NCBI GenBank assembly: GCA_038087875.1
Contig: JAXLNO010000113.1
Span: 62,001-126,000 of the forward strand
Origin: Malacoraja senta
Taxonomy: Eukaryota
DNA: 64,000 bases
Reading direction: 5' to 3'
Of this stretch, positions 48,041 to 62,116 are shown piece by piece (the stretch's first letter is position 1; each line of letters opens with the position of its first letter). Both the position numbers and the translations under genes were made by a program. Under the pieces are notes generated by a model. It searched no databases. It had not been told where the DNA came from and was given only the letters and a program-made list of their open reading frames with translations.

Positions 48041-49850
48041 TGAAACAGCATCTGCAGTTATTTTGGTTCTGTACTCCACCAATAATTTTTTTGATGTATT
48101 GCCATCATGTTTTGTTAAATTAAAAGGTAGCACTATTAATTTGTTTTAGTTTTACAGTAACTGATTTTACATTAAAGGCAGGCACACAATACTGGAGTAA
48201 CTTAGTGGGTCAGGAAGCATGCCTGCAGAACATGGATAGATGACTTTTCAGCTCACAATTGTCTGAAGAGGTCTGAAAATTGAGGATTGTCAGTTGAGTA
48301 TATTTTCAAAAACTCAATTATCTTTTAGTTTTGTTTATTGTGCACAAGCAAAGGACAGCTATTAAAGAGGCTTTCTTTAGCCCAATTCCAAGCAAATACC
48401 TCAGTTAAAATATTCAAGCTATAAAATAGCTGAAAACAAAATACATCATTAATAGCAATTCATTGAAAACAGGCAATTTTACTGTTCTTCTTTTCTTTGA
48501 CTTAGCCCATAATTTTGTGTCAAATTGCCAGTGAAACTCATTGTTCCTGCGTGAATGCCACAGCACGTTCAGGTGAAGGACAGTGCATAGGAAATGTGGA
48601 GATCCATTGGTGCTGAATGAGATATCTTAAACTGTTAACAACTTCGTGAAAATGACATCTTGCTGTTTGTCTCACCACTGATGTGTATTGAGTAACACAA
48701 GTTATGGTCCAAATTTGTGAAAAATTTACAACTAATCAGAAATGAAGCAATGAACTTGTGATGCAACCATTTAAATTTCAGACATATTTAATTAAATCCA
48801 AACTAGCTATGAGACTATCTTAATAATTTTATTGTCAAATACTCCCAGCGAATACCAAGTGTCACAATGGCAGTCACATTTCTTAAACTTCGAAACATTA
48901 CTGAATGATATTAAATTTCTAATTTTAAAAACGACTTTTGTTTCTTTTCATTGTTGTAATTCAGCCACTTTCCCTCCATTATTTCTTCCAAATTCATATT
49001 AAAGTATTTCAACTCATGCTAGTTATATCACAACTCTTCATTCTGACTAAATAAGGAAATGCAGTTGCTTTTCCTGTTCATTCAAGTCCTAGATCCTTGT
49101 TTCACTTGCTGCAAATATCAGCTCTTGAAAGTCGGTCATTATGGGGGCAAAATAGTTCTTGAAATTAAATAGATCAGCTAATGCCAACTCCAATCATTTA
49201 CTCGTACAGAAAACAGTGGTTCTTTATATTTTCCATTAGTCGACTCCATCATAAAATGTTATATCTCATGTGACTAACTACATTGCACACATACTACCTT
49301 ATGTCAACCAAGGTCATTCCGTTTTACTGAAATAAATCCAGTCTTGAAAAGTTACATGATAAAAATTTCACTCCAGTACAAAGCTTTCCAGAAATCTGAT
49401 ATAAATTAAAAAATTGCAGTGGAAGCATCTGACATGCAAGTTAAAGGAATCTCCTGAAATAAGTACACTTAACATACATTTTCAGGATTTTGAAGGGTTA
49501 TTTGCCTGATCAAAACATTTGTCCATCATCCATGTACATTCCTAATGATTTAAATGGGGAGAAAAAATGTACTTGCAGTAATATTTGTTGCACTCCTTAA
49601 CACATGTGGCATAATATTTAAAATCCCAATTTATTTTCCATGAGATTGAACTATTAATAAATGGAGTAACTCCACACGTACATTTCAATCTGTACCAGGT
49701 GAAGAGGAAGTTTTCTGTCCAAAACATTTAATAACCTAACTAATTTTAAAGAATATTTTAAATAGAGATTAAAAATAACATTGCTGAAAAGTCTATTAAA
49801 TTCCTTGACACAAGTAAAATGTACCAGTCACTTGGCAATTTAAAACTTAC

Positions 49851-50843
49851 CAAGAAAGTTGGCTCCTAGCAAAGGGAGGTGTGGTAGCAAGTTGTTCAAT
49901 TTTGTAGGTCCTGTTGCATGCCCAGCAGCTGAAATGGGTAGCAGCGATTCTGCCATTGACATGACTGCTGTCCCACCAAGAGTTGAGACAGCAAGTGCTG
50001 CTACGGATGATGTACTGGTGGTAGTGGTTGCCTGGGATGAGGTTGCCATGGAAACCTCAGAGTGATTTATACCATGGTTCAAAGGAGAGTGCAGAACACT
50101 TCGCAACAGATGGGGATTGAGGGCCATTAGTCCCGGGGCTGCTGTGACAGCTGGGAGGAGGAGAGGGTTTGTAGTGGTATCAATGCTTGAAAGGCTTGGT
50201 AAAGGGTTCCCCAGAGGGTTTGTCAAAAGGGTTTGTGATCTGTTACTAACTAATTGATTGCTATGCAAATGATCTGGCGGGGATTGGATTTGTGTCACAG
50301 AAGGTGAAGGGTGGTTTTGTTGCTGCAATAAATCTGGGAGAGTCAAGTTAAAAGATGTAAGGGGTAGCATTGTAGCCTGTGCCTGGTTTTGAAACAGTGT
50401 TGCCAAAAGCTGAACAGGTTGTAAAGTCTGTCCCGCCAAATCACCAGGAAGCAAAGTCAAAGCTGCATTTAAATTTGGGTTCAGAATTCCCAAAGGATTC
50501 ACAGAGACTTCTCCCTTGCCATCTACTGATGTGGGTAACATGTTCAGCATATTCTGGTTCAGAAGATGTTGCTGGTTCATTGCAAAAGGAATGGACAAAG
50601 AGCCAAGGAGATTTGGGTTCAGAGAGTGGGTATGATTGCTACTCGTAGGGACGGCATGTCCAAAATGAAAAGCCTTGTTTTGACCAATGATGGGAAGTGT
50701 ACCCCCCATGGGGATCTGACTATGCAATGCATTTCCAGCTGCTGTTGTAACTATAACTCCATCTTGCAGAACGGACGTTGTCTTGGTAATGGCAAGTTGG
50801 TTGGTGCCTGCAATGGCCATGGATGCTGCCTGGCCAGAACTAC
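49851..50843 (-). CDS. MBD5: MBD5 coding exon
   Basis: Encodes [29 protein letters not shown] and [40 protein letters not shown], both MBD5-like. Acceptor tttcag|G and donor G|gtaag; 993 bp, phase 1 to phase 1, in frame with the previous exon. Confidence 0.92.
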
Positions 50844-51368
50844 CTGAAACCCATAGATAGGTTAAAGATGAGCAAAATATCTTAATTACTTGTGTTCGCA
50901 TTTATAATGATTGCATTTCACATACCGATTTTTACATTAACAATTTAACATGGGAACTAACAAAAAGATTAATTTACTAGGTTTGATTATCCACTTGACC
51001 AGCTCTTCATTTTGTCTGTTATAAATTGGACATATTAAATCAATTCTTAAAGAACCAAACACAATATTTAAACCCAACACAAACTCGTCATTATTAAATA
51101 TCCTACAGCATAAAACCCTAGAGAAAATAAAAATGCTTTTCTCACTTGACACAAATGCAGGAAACTGTATCAGGCAATGCAAAAGACATCAGTTCAAATC
51201 AAAAGTGATGCTCAAAACATTTCTAAATAGTGATTACATTAGAACTAATGGAACAAAACCACTTTGTTAAGCGTGAAAATAAGTTCCACCGAAGTGAATT
51301 TAGAATAAATTGAATGGTGAAAAATGTTGCAAGTAACTCTAAATTGTAAAATGTTCCAGGATGCCTAA

Positions 51369-52077
51369 AGGGCCTGTCCCACTGCGGGGACCAAATTCGC
51401 GAGTTTAGAAGTTTGCCCTCGACTCATACTCGCAGCATGGTCGACACGAGGTCCTAGGAGGTCTTTGTAACTCTCCTTCATGCTCGAGAGGAGTCCCCAC
51501 GTACTCGAGGCCTCAGCTAGGTTGCAGTGTATATTTTTCAACATGCTGAAAAATGCCCTTGAGTAAAAAAAGGTTGCCATGGAAAAAAAATTGATATTTT
51601 TTTACTCGTAGGTTTAGTCGAGGTAGGTCATAATAGGTCGTAATGCCATCGTAGGCAATCAAAGCTAATCGAAGGTAGTCGAAGGTAAAGCTCATTGAGA
51701 AAAAAAAGGTAAGTAAACTGACCGGTAATGTTAAATGCCCGCTAAACTTTATTAAAAGTTGTCTGGCTTCTTAAAAGTGTCTTCACTCCTTCTCCTCCCC
51801 TTCTCTCTCGCCCCCTCCCCCTCTCTGCGCTGTCTAAAGGACTTACCGTAACTGTGACAGCCGTCTTTTACCTTCCTGTTCATCGCGGGTGTGAATTTCA
51901 GACAGCGCTCCCCCGCTTTCCCTGGCGTGCGTGCGTGCGTGTGTGTGTGCAGACAGTCGATCTGGCTCGCGGTTTCATCGCTGACGGTCGAACCAGCTCG
52001 AGGTTTTTCAGGCGAGTGCCCTCGAGCTTGAAGGTCGAAGACAGTCGCTGAAAAGTCGCGTTAGTGGGACAGCCCCT
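51369..52077. mobile_element. Non-autonomous PIF/Harbinger-type element (MITE)
   Basis: 15-bp TIRs AGGGCCTGTCCCACT / AGTGGGACAGCCCCT (one mismatch). TAA duplication at 51366-51368 and 52078-52080. CpG-rich and non-coding. Confidence 0.8.
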
Positions 52078-53380
52078 TAATACTTAAATTAGAGTTAAAT
52101 GATATTTCTTGAATTTCTGGCAAACAATTTAAATTTCTGTCAATCTCTCCCAAAAAAAAAAATCCAAAGCACACAAGAAGTTAAATGTGCCATTCCTGAA
52201 ATTTGTATCTCAAGTTAAAAATAACGTTGCAGTAACTGATATTCTGAGACGTCTTTGAAATACAATGGGTAAATATCAGTGCATAATACAAAAATAGTCC
52301 TGCAAATATGTGTTTAAGTGCAACAGAATTTAGATTTTCCAATTGAATACAAATCAAACTAAAAAAAGTAATCACGTCAAATGTTTGCATTTAATGTAAT
52401 GAGGCCAATAGATTTATTTTTCCTTAGTTTCCTGATCATGTAATCACTACTTTGGAGCAGAAGAGCTCACCTGGGCCCTAGCTTATGTACAAAACAACCC
52501 ACACAAAATACATAAAATTTCACAAAATAAAGAATAGTGGTGATTAAAAAGATTGTACATGTAACCAGATAATGGTCTGAATTTCAGTCGGAGAAGTATA
52601 ATAACATCAGCATCAATTTTATGATTCCACACAATTTTAACAACGGTGCAAGCATATTACACATGCTACTGCAGGAAATTACCTGTTTAACCAACATCAT
52701 GGTACTTATTTACAAAGTAAATCTTGCATATTAGGCTAATTTACATTTGAATCACCTTTCGACTTTTCTTTAGTTGTACATTATATGAACTTAATACTTA
52801 ACTGCTTAATACTTAATTTATATCTAAAATAATCCCATTAGAAACTTGGGAAATTGCAAATTAATGAAAATTCTCTTCAATCTCTCTGATCTATTGCATA
52901 TGGACGATCTACTGCAGTCAGTGCTTCATGTTTCCCAATTAAGCAACATACTTATAATTAGCTTTACTTTACGTTAAAACTACAAAATTGATGCATCAAC
53001 AAAAAATGGTTTTGAAAATGTCCAAGCAGTCTGATACGAATCACTTACCTACAGTCTTTTTAGTCAGTTATTTAATAGCACTCTCAATTATGATAAAACA
53101 TTGCAAAAAATATTAAGATGCTATTTATATTATGTCTATTTATATTATATAGATGGAATTTCATGTTTGTTGAAATTATCATAACTTTCCCAGAAACAAA
53201 AAACTGCCCTGTTTTTTGTTGAGCTCACAGGTCTGGCTACTTACAATACACTGGGGCCAGTTCAATACAATATCAGTGAGGCTAATAGGATGAATAAGAA
53301 TCTAACTACAATTGAGACGGAGTGTGAATAAAATTATAACCAAATCTATATCATACACGTCACTGACAGACTGCATCAGC

Positions 53381-53754
53381 ATTGAAATATATAAGATTGT
53401 TAAGGGTTTGGACACACTAGAGGCAGGAAACATGTTCCCGATGTTGGGGGAGTCCAGAACCAGGGGCCACAGTTTAAGAATAAGGAGTAAGCCATTTAGA
53501 ACGGAGACAAGAAAACACTTTTTCTCACAGCGTGGTGAGTCTATGGAATTCCCTGCCTCAGAGGGCGGTGGAGGCAGGTTCTCTGGATGCTTTCAAGAGA
53601 GAGCTAGATAGGGCTCTTAAAAATAGCAGAGTCAGGGGATATGGGGAGAAGGCAGGAACGGGGTACTGATTGGGGATGATCAGCCATGATCACATTGAAT
53701 GACGGTGCTGGCTCGAAGGGCCAAATGGCCTACTCCTGCACCTATTGTCTATTG
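53381..53754 (+). mobile_element. CR1 LINE 3' fragment
   Basis: Closely similar to 37578-37953. Confidence 0.88.
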
Positions 53755-56700
53755 TTAAATGCAAATATATACAAAATTAATGTTAAGCTTTAATTACTAC
53801 TTAGAGTTCATGGAGCAAGAGAGTTAGAAATTAGACTCTTTTGGCCAATTTATCCAGTTGGTATTCTGGGCTAGTCCCGTTTCCCTGCAGTTGGCCCATA
53901 TGATCAGCCATGATCACATTGAATGGTGGGTCGAAGGGTCGAAGGGTCGAATGGCCTACTCCTGCACCTATTGTCTATTGTCTATCCCTCTAAATTCTTC
54001 CTATCGACTTGATCTGTCTAGAGAGACACTGAATCTCATCCAAAATTCAGTTTTTTCCCCCCCGAAAGTTTGCAACTTTGACTTGTTGATCAGCAGTTGA
54101 AACAGGACCTCTTTTGAATGCACATTGGAGATGTGAAAGGGGTGCTTTGAAATGGGCTATTTAATTATTATTGTCAACATAGATTAACAATGGAATCTGC
54201 TAAGGTGCCCCACAAGAAATTTAAGAAATATTTACTTGTATTTAGACATATTAAAAGTAGTAAGTAAACAAAGTTTGGATGTTTAAAGAATGGGAATCCC
54301 AGAAGAGCGATATGTATTATTTTTCCACTTGGAAATGATATTCAATATATTTAATAGGAACCTTTGTCCTTCTTTACAGACACAAACAATTTAAATTTGG
54401 ACTTCAAAACTTCCACAAATGAGGTGTAGATAGCTGTAAAGATGAATCACTCCAGATGCAGATAGACATCAAATCAAACCTAATGTTGTGAAAGATGATA
54501 TAATACATTTGGGAGAGAGAAAACATGACATATACAGTGCGTGACTTAAAAAAAAGACAAATGTGCTGAAGTTGAGGGGACACATTAAATCTGAATAAAA
54601 TATGTTGGCTGAGATTTTAGTTTGGAATATAAAGTACTAAACAAATGTAAATGACCGGTTAAACTGTAGTCAGAAAATTCTGTCTGATTTGAATACCTCA
54701 TTTTAGGAAGAAAATAAGCATGAAAATAAGCGTTCACTGAGAGGACTCATTAACTATGGGAAGCTGTGATATGAAAGAAAAATAAACTTAAAACTAAGGG
54801 AATTAGCGAATATCCGATAAAAATATTAATTGAAGTGAGGTTATGTTAAGAATCAGAAAAGATTTAAGATCAAATTAGATGGCAATTCATTAGCCAGATA
54901 TGGCTTCTTCACATTGGAGCCTGGAAGGCAACTTCTTTCAGTCTCTCATTTCTTGGTTCGGCAAGGATCATTACTCAGAAAGAACATGACCGCATAGGTC
55001 TATTTTTTATCAATTTAGGATTTGGCATGTACATTGGAATCAGGTTTCAATAATATTTCTTTGGAGTAGGTGGAAGTAGAAGTCATTCAAAGATGTTTAT
55101 GAAGCACTATATTCTTAGTTTGCTTTAAGCCAATAGATCTGTTAGGTCCAAATCTTTCCCCTGTTATAATATATAATTGCAGCTGCATATTCTTAACAAT
55201 AGACAAATATTCAGAGGTAATTAAAACATTAGGAATTAAGAATGACATAAACTGGCAAACTGTCCTGAGCAATACCCAATTTATTTAGCATGTATACACA
55301 ATGTATACATTTAAAATGTATATTTTCCTGGCTTAATATTAGTTTTCCCAACTATGATGTACCTTGGGACATTTATTGTGATATAGGTACCATAAAAATT
55401 AAAGCTATCAAACATAATGAGCAAATTATATATATATTAACAAAAAAACTGACATTGGGATGCCAAGAGGAACAATTGTGAGTCTGATATTATCAATATT
55501 ACTTTAATTCGTTGCACAGTTATGTACATTTCTAATGTCGTTTGGCAAATGTTGTTGAATGATAGCAACATCCTGGGCAAATCTCCATAAACTATCCATT
55601 CTAAGAGTTTATCGGTAAAATAAGGTTACTGAAGGCTCAAATAATAACAGATCAGTAACACTTCACTGGTACATTTTCTCATTTCTGAACAGTGGTCTTC
55701 AGCCCAAAAGTGAATGAATTCACTCAAAACAATATTTGGGATGCTTTGTGACATAAATGCAAATTATTGTTAAAGTCAAGTTTGATCTCAGTTATATTTG
55801 TTTTATACAACATGAAATTGCAAAGTACGGTTTACTTAAAGTTAAATGGTGTTCACCTGGTATCCCTGAAATTATTGTTTATTTATGACAGTGATATTCT
55901 TTTGAGCTATACAATCACCATACATTTTATTCTTACTATTTTTACGTAGTAGAGAACATTTTGCATTATATAATTAACATGAAGTGTTAGTGATTCTATC
56001 CCCAACAGCGGCCACTCTAAGTGGAAAGTATTGATAAACAAATATAAAGAAACATTGAAGTGTCTTGATTTAAGTGCGACTTTCCCCGAACACATGTTGA
56101 TACAAGCATGCTAAACATGCAGTGATAAAATTGGCCTGATTGGGAATTATTTTAAAATCATAATCTATTTTACTATCGCGAGATAAACCGAAGTTGAACT
56201 ACAAGCATTACATTTTAGCCAAACAGCACAAGTGCATGGAGTTGCATAATTTTGTCAACAGCTCATTTTTAATAACATTTATTAAAAAGTTTGAACAAAC
56301 ATGTGAATTCTATATCCAAATGAGCCTCAGCCTAGAAATACAGTCATGAGTCATCAAATGCATAATAAACCTAAACCGATTAATTGGTTACATAAAGTTG
56401 CTGCAGTGCACATATTAATTGCAGATTATCTGTAGTAAAGAACAATCTTGAATATACTTAAGGATTGGAATTATGAATTGTAGTGATTAATTTAACACAA
56501 GTGAAAAAAGTTAATTTTTCTTCACGCAAGTATTTTATGTATAACTTTACCCAACTGTATAAATATGTAAACTAAACAAATATAAAAATAAAATCATACA
56601 TAGTTTGTTATAATTCTAATTTCAGTTTCCCCAATATACACATACTACAACTGGTCCTATAGTGTTCCCAAGGTCATAATATTATGAAATAAGAATGGAA

Positions 56701-59700
56701 CCAGAAAATATTAAGGTAACAAGTAAGAAGAACACGCTTTCCTGGATGTTGTTGTCTCGTAATACAAAGTGAATAAATATTACACAGAAGTGGAAATGCA
56801 TTCAAAATCAAGTTACCTGGTTTACAATGGAACAAATGAATGAAGAATAAGAGGAGTAAATTACATATCTCAATGTCGAGCCAGAAAAGGCACATGGGAA
56901 AGAATGATTTCTAGTTAATGATACTTTTAAATCAGTTTAAGTTTGTGTTCATCAAATTGAGAAAAGTGCTGTGGAATTTATGATAGAAAATGATTTGAAC
57001 ACATTTGCAACTGCACTTTGCATTCTTTTTAATGTATATTGCATCATATTTAAATCACCAATATTGCATTTCGGATGTCATGAATATATCAGAGTAAACC
57101 ATAAGGTCATAAATCATTAGTTCTGTCTCAATTTTAAAGTGTTCAATTTATGGAAGTGGTTTATAATCACACCCTGCTTGCATTAAACCCATTTCAAACC
57201 ATTTGCTGCAACAAAAGGAAAAACAGATTATAATAGTTCATGGCAAGGTGAATTGTATACAAAAGTAGGGAGGTTATATAGGGCGCATTGGTCAAACCAT
57301 ATTTCCAGTCTTGGTCTCCCTATTTAAGGAAATATGTTAATAAATTGTTAATAGTTAAATGTAGTACTTGTTGGTAGGTTGTCTTATGAGGAAAGGTTGA
57401 ACAGGCTCTGCTTTTACCAACTGGAATTTAGAAAGGGGATAGGAAACTTGGTTGAAATACAAAATCTTTAAGAATTTTAACATTGGATGTGAAAAAGATA
57501 GCTTCCTCTTGTGAATGAATTTAGCATGGGGTGGAGAAGGTTATTGTTTTAAAAAAAAGGGATCACCCATTTAAGACTTGTTCCATTAGCATTCTTTTTC
57601 AAAGGTGATGGAAGCGGAATCTAATACTTTAAATGTGAGGTAGACGGATTCTCATAAAGTAAGATGAAAAGTTTGCTTGTGGTGGGTATGCAGTGTCGAT
57701 CAGTTTTGATCGCTGAACGTCAGCGCAGGCAAAAGGAGCCATGTGGCCTTCTCCCACTCCTACTATGCAATTCATTTGTAAGCATCTTTGTTTTAAAGAA
57801 TCCTGAACAACCTTTACTTTATTAAGTTAATGCTAACCTTAAGTAGAAAATATACTAGCACTGCATTTTGGCAGTCTTATGAAAATCATTCTTCAAGCTT
57901 CCGCCTCCATATTATAATACAGCACCTGGAGAAAGATGTCAGACAGCAGTACATCACATCTTAATGCTACACAGCTCACTGCAAAGATAATCCTAAATTT
58001 GATGGAGGTGATGTTTGTGTTTGAACTAGTACATATTTACTTATTGTGAGAATAGCTCACATTACATTTCAAATAAAAATAATTGATGGTCTGAAATTAA
58101 TAGTCACAAACAAACCACTGCCAAAACTCAGTTCTGATCATTTTGTTTGAGCCATCAACTCCTTCATACTGATGGACACAAGGAATAATTCTGGATTTTA
58201 AGCAAATTTAATCACTTCCGTACTTTTGTCTGGTCCATGGTATTGTTTGGTCACAGAAACGGTTCCAGATTAGGTTCTTCACTGAGACTCCATCACCACT
58301 TGAGCATTTGTGTAAAGGCCAAGATGCAAATACTTGTAGAGAAAATTCCATTCACATTCCCCAAAATACAAACTTTTAACTGTATTCTATTCAAATTTAA
58401 ATCTAAGCCCTGGATATGAAATGAAGATGTACTATGATAGCAAAATGTGTTCAAGAGACCAATAGAAAAGCAAATTTCAATCAGAATGCAAAGTTAAGGT
58501 TCTTAAGATGTATTGATAATGAGACATGCAGCAAGCATATTTTTTACCAAGAGTAAGGTTTTGGAAGATTTTCATTTAGAATTCTTTTTAAGGCTGCTTG
58601 TTCTAGATGGAGTACATTTTTACTTTGTTCAAATTTCTGGGCTGTCTCAAATTATTTATTTGTTTGGGATGATGGGGAATGGAAAATGGGTCCAGTTTTT
58701 ACAGCACACAAGCATACCTCCTGATAGGTTGAGCAAGGAACAACGTTCGCGTCTGTGTAGATGTCCATGGGATGGACCATCCTGCCCTCCTGAGAGGATA
58801 GCATTAATGAGGGCAAGAAAATTGAGGAAAATTTTGTTACAAGATAAAAATTGACATAGCAAGAAAATTGTCAATAATTATGCACAAAGAGAAAAATATG
58901 CCATTCCCTCCCACCATGGAATCTCTACATTTCATGTCATATAATTCAATTAGACAAACACAATGTGTCGATTAAGTGTGCATTGTTCTCCTCATTTTGA
59001 CCAGCTTTGTCGTGGCTGCTTTGTGCTGAAAACTCTATGTGAATGACACGCAGATTCCTCTGTTATTTAACTTGCTGCCATTTCCTCACACAAAGCAATC
59101 CAGCCAGTCTGTCCAAAACACGATCCCCAAACAGTTAAGCTTATTGAGACAATATGGTCAAGGTTGTGCAATACAACAAAACTGTTGATACATGGTCAGT
59201 CTTCCTAGAATGCACATTCCAAAGCTGTTAACAATTCAACTTGTGTTTCATAAAGTCTGGAAATATTAAATCTTTATACAGACTACATGGATCGTTGACT
59301 CTTCTGCCCCAACACAAGGTAGTATACATTTGACTTTTGCATTTATTTTCACTGTGCAATACATTAGTGATAAATCAAAATTATCAACATGATTATCATA
59401 GTTTTTTTAAATGGAAGGTACTTTGTTGTAGGATTCTGGTTTCAAATGGTATGTGAATAAAAGTGGATAAATTCAATTCTAAATTAAAACAAGAATACTT
59501 TACATTAATTGCTCAACTGAAATGCAATTTTATATTTTCAATTTATAATAAAATCAAAAATTCATATTCACGAGGAAATGGTCGCTGTGAGGCTTCACAC
59601 ATTGAAACAGCAAAAAAATGGCTGTTTTTTACTTATTATATACCAAGCACATAATCACATAAATGAAACCAAATTAGCATAATGAAAATAAAATACAATG

Positions 59701-60025
59701 AAATTAATCAAATATTAAAAGGATCAGCAACATTAGGGCTTTGAACTTACAATCCTGAAGAAAAGCATGTAAAATCACATAGAAATTACTTCCTGATCAA
59801 AACATTTGTATCGATAAATTGACACCATACCAGGATAAAGTATCTAAACCTTTTGTAATTTACAAAATTGACAAATTTTAGGAAATCGGATGATATAGAA
59901 AACAGTACAATCCTTGTGCCACAAATGATAAACACTAATGGCAAATTATATACACAGTTGAAACTTGAGCCAAAATTTGAAAATAACATTAAAAAATAAA
60001 TCAATGGATTAGTGTAAAACCATAC

Positions 60026-62116
60026 CTGTGTCAGCATTGGTTTGGCAACAAATGCCACAACTGTTTGGTACCATTACTGAAGAGGCTGCAATTCTTGAAT
60101 GATGGTTTGAATGCAAACTATTTCCCAAAGTCATTCCAGATTGGTGAAGCAGCCCACAATTGCCACCATCATGAGGCTGTCCAACTAACCCAACAAATTG
60201 ATTGTTTAGGCCCTGACAACTGTGGATTAAACTACTATTTGTATTCTGGCAAGAAATACCTTCCCCTCTTGTTAGATTTTGAGCTGATAGGTTATGAATG
60301 GAACCAGAGTTCAAACTAGTGTTTGAAAAATTATGTTGGTTGGTTGAACAAGAAATACCTGTCGCGGAACTACCACAACTAGCACTGCTATTGCCACTGA
60401 TTTGAGAACTCTGTGAACTCATTGACTGAAGTAACTGAGACATGGTGTTATTCATAGTCACAGATGAATTCTGTCCTTGTTTCCTTAAAGAGTCAATCAC
60501 AGACTTTGGAACTCCTGAGCTGCTCATCTGAGACTGTTTCAGCATACTCAATACTGTTGGGGTAGCTTGCTTCCGCTTTCTTAAAGGATCCTTTTGCTGT
60601 GCCATTAGTTTGTCTCTCAGTGCTGCACGGCCACTTTGACCTTCATTCACTGAAAGCAGCATGTTTGTAGTTGGTGGAAACATGGTATTTAAAGTGCTGT
60701 GTCCTTCACTATTGCCACCACTGCCAACAGCACCACTACTGTTACTACCAGACAGTTTGTTTTGATTAGCTAGCTGTGCTTTGGCTGCTGCTGAAAGTAA
60801 ACTGCTTGCTGGAAATGAGGCAGCATTATGCTGGTTCAAAATTTGATTTAAGGGCATTCCTAGCAAACCTGGCTGACCCTTTTGTTGCTGAACATTTCCA
60901 ACAGATACCGATGGAAACAGAGGGTTATTTTGAGGATTCAAAACGTTGTTCATTCCAACCAACAGCTGATTAGAAATATCTTTGTATTGATGATGCCCAT
61001 CAGGCTTAGTAGATGGACTGGATGGCATAGATGGCCGTGGAGAACCCATAGATGACCTTGGCGACCTTGGAGGAACCTTTATTCCACTGCAGCCAGATTG
61101 AGGTCCTGCAGGTGGCATCATTAAGCTTCCGTGATCAGATGATGTTGATGATGACCGAGACCTTTGTGGTGACGCCTCAATTCTTCCCATTACAGATCCA
61201 ATCATATGTATTGGAGAGGTAACTGGAGCAGGAGACACAGATGTGGAAGTTGAATGTTGAACCCGTGGAACATGAGTTCCATGATTTACTGGGCCAGGTT
61301 TAACAGTTGGCAATGGTAGATTGCTTGGCAGAGGGACAACAGCAGGAGGCATGTTTACATTCATCATAGGTACCTGAGAGTGCATGGTTGTCTGGAAATT
61401 AGATGTATTCATAAGTACTGGATTAGGTTTACTTGGTATAGGATCAAGGATACCTAATGGATCTTTTTCTGAGGGCAATGGCTTTTTCTGGAGAGCACAC
61501 GGTGTTGGGGGTCCTTGGGGAGGTTTGTGAAACATAATTCGTGGCATATCCATATTCGATGAATAATTACAAGATGTTTTTTTCATTACTGGGCTTTTTG
61601 TAGTCATTGTTGGTGAAAGAGGTATAGAAGTCCTACCAGCCATAGCACAGGATGAGTGGGATGAAGAATTCTGCATCAGAACTGTGGGTGGGGAATGGGG
61701 TATTCTATTAATGTGAATTGGGCTGGAGTTTGGCCCAGCATGAAAGCCTGGATTACTTCGCGTAAACACGTCAGGACTTCCCATTGTATCAGTCCTGGGA
61801 GATATAGAACCATCTCCATAGATCTGTGATCCTGATGATGCTGGGCTAGAAAGACCACCATGACTTCCACGATATGGAGACTTCTGTCCTTGATCATTGC
61901 TACCCAGCCTTTGCCTGGAATAGCCATGAAGTTCTTGTTGGGGGTTTCCACATAGGTCCTGTTGATAAAGCCGTGATGCAGCATTTGGACCCCCTATCAA
62001 TTTAGGCAGAAATGTGTTCTTGTAGTCTGGCACCGAAGAATTTGTTATTACTTCTTGTGACTTATTTCTCGTTGCTCTAGGAGTTGCAGCCCGAGATTGT
62101 ACCATAGGAGCGCCAC
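60026..62116 (-). CDS. MBD5: MBD5 large internal coding exon (Pro/Ser/Gln-rich region downstream of the MBD domain)
   Basis: The ORF contains motifs I recognise from vertebrate MBD5 ([64 protein letters not shown]). Acceptor ttttttcag|G at 62117/62116 and donor G|gtatg at 60026/60025; 2091 bp, phase 1 to phase 1. Confidence 0.93.
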
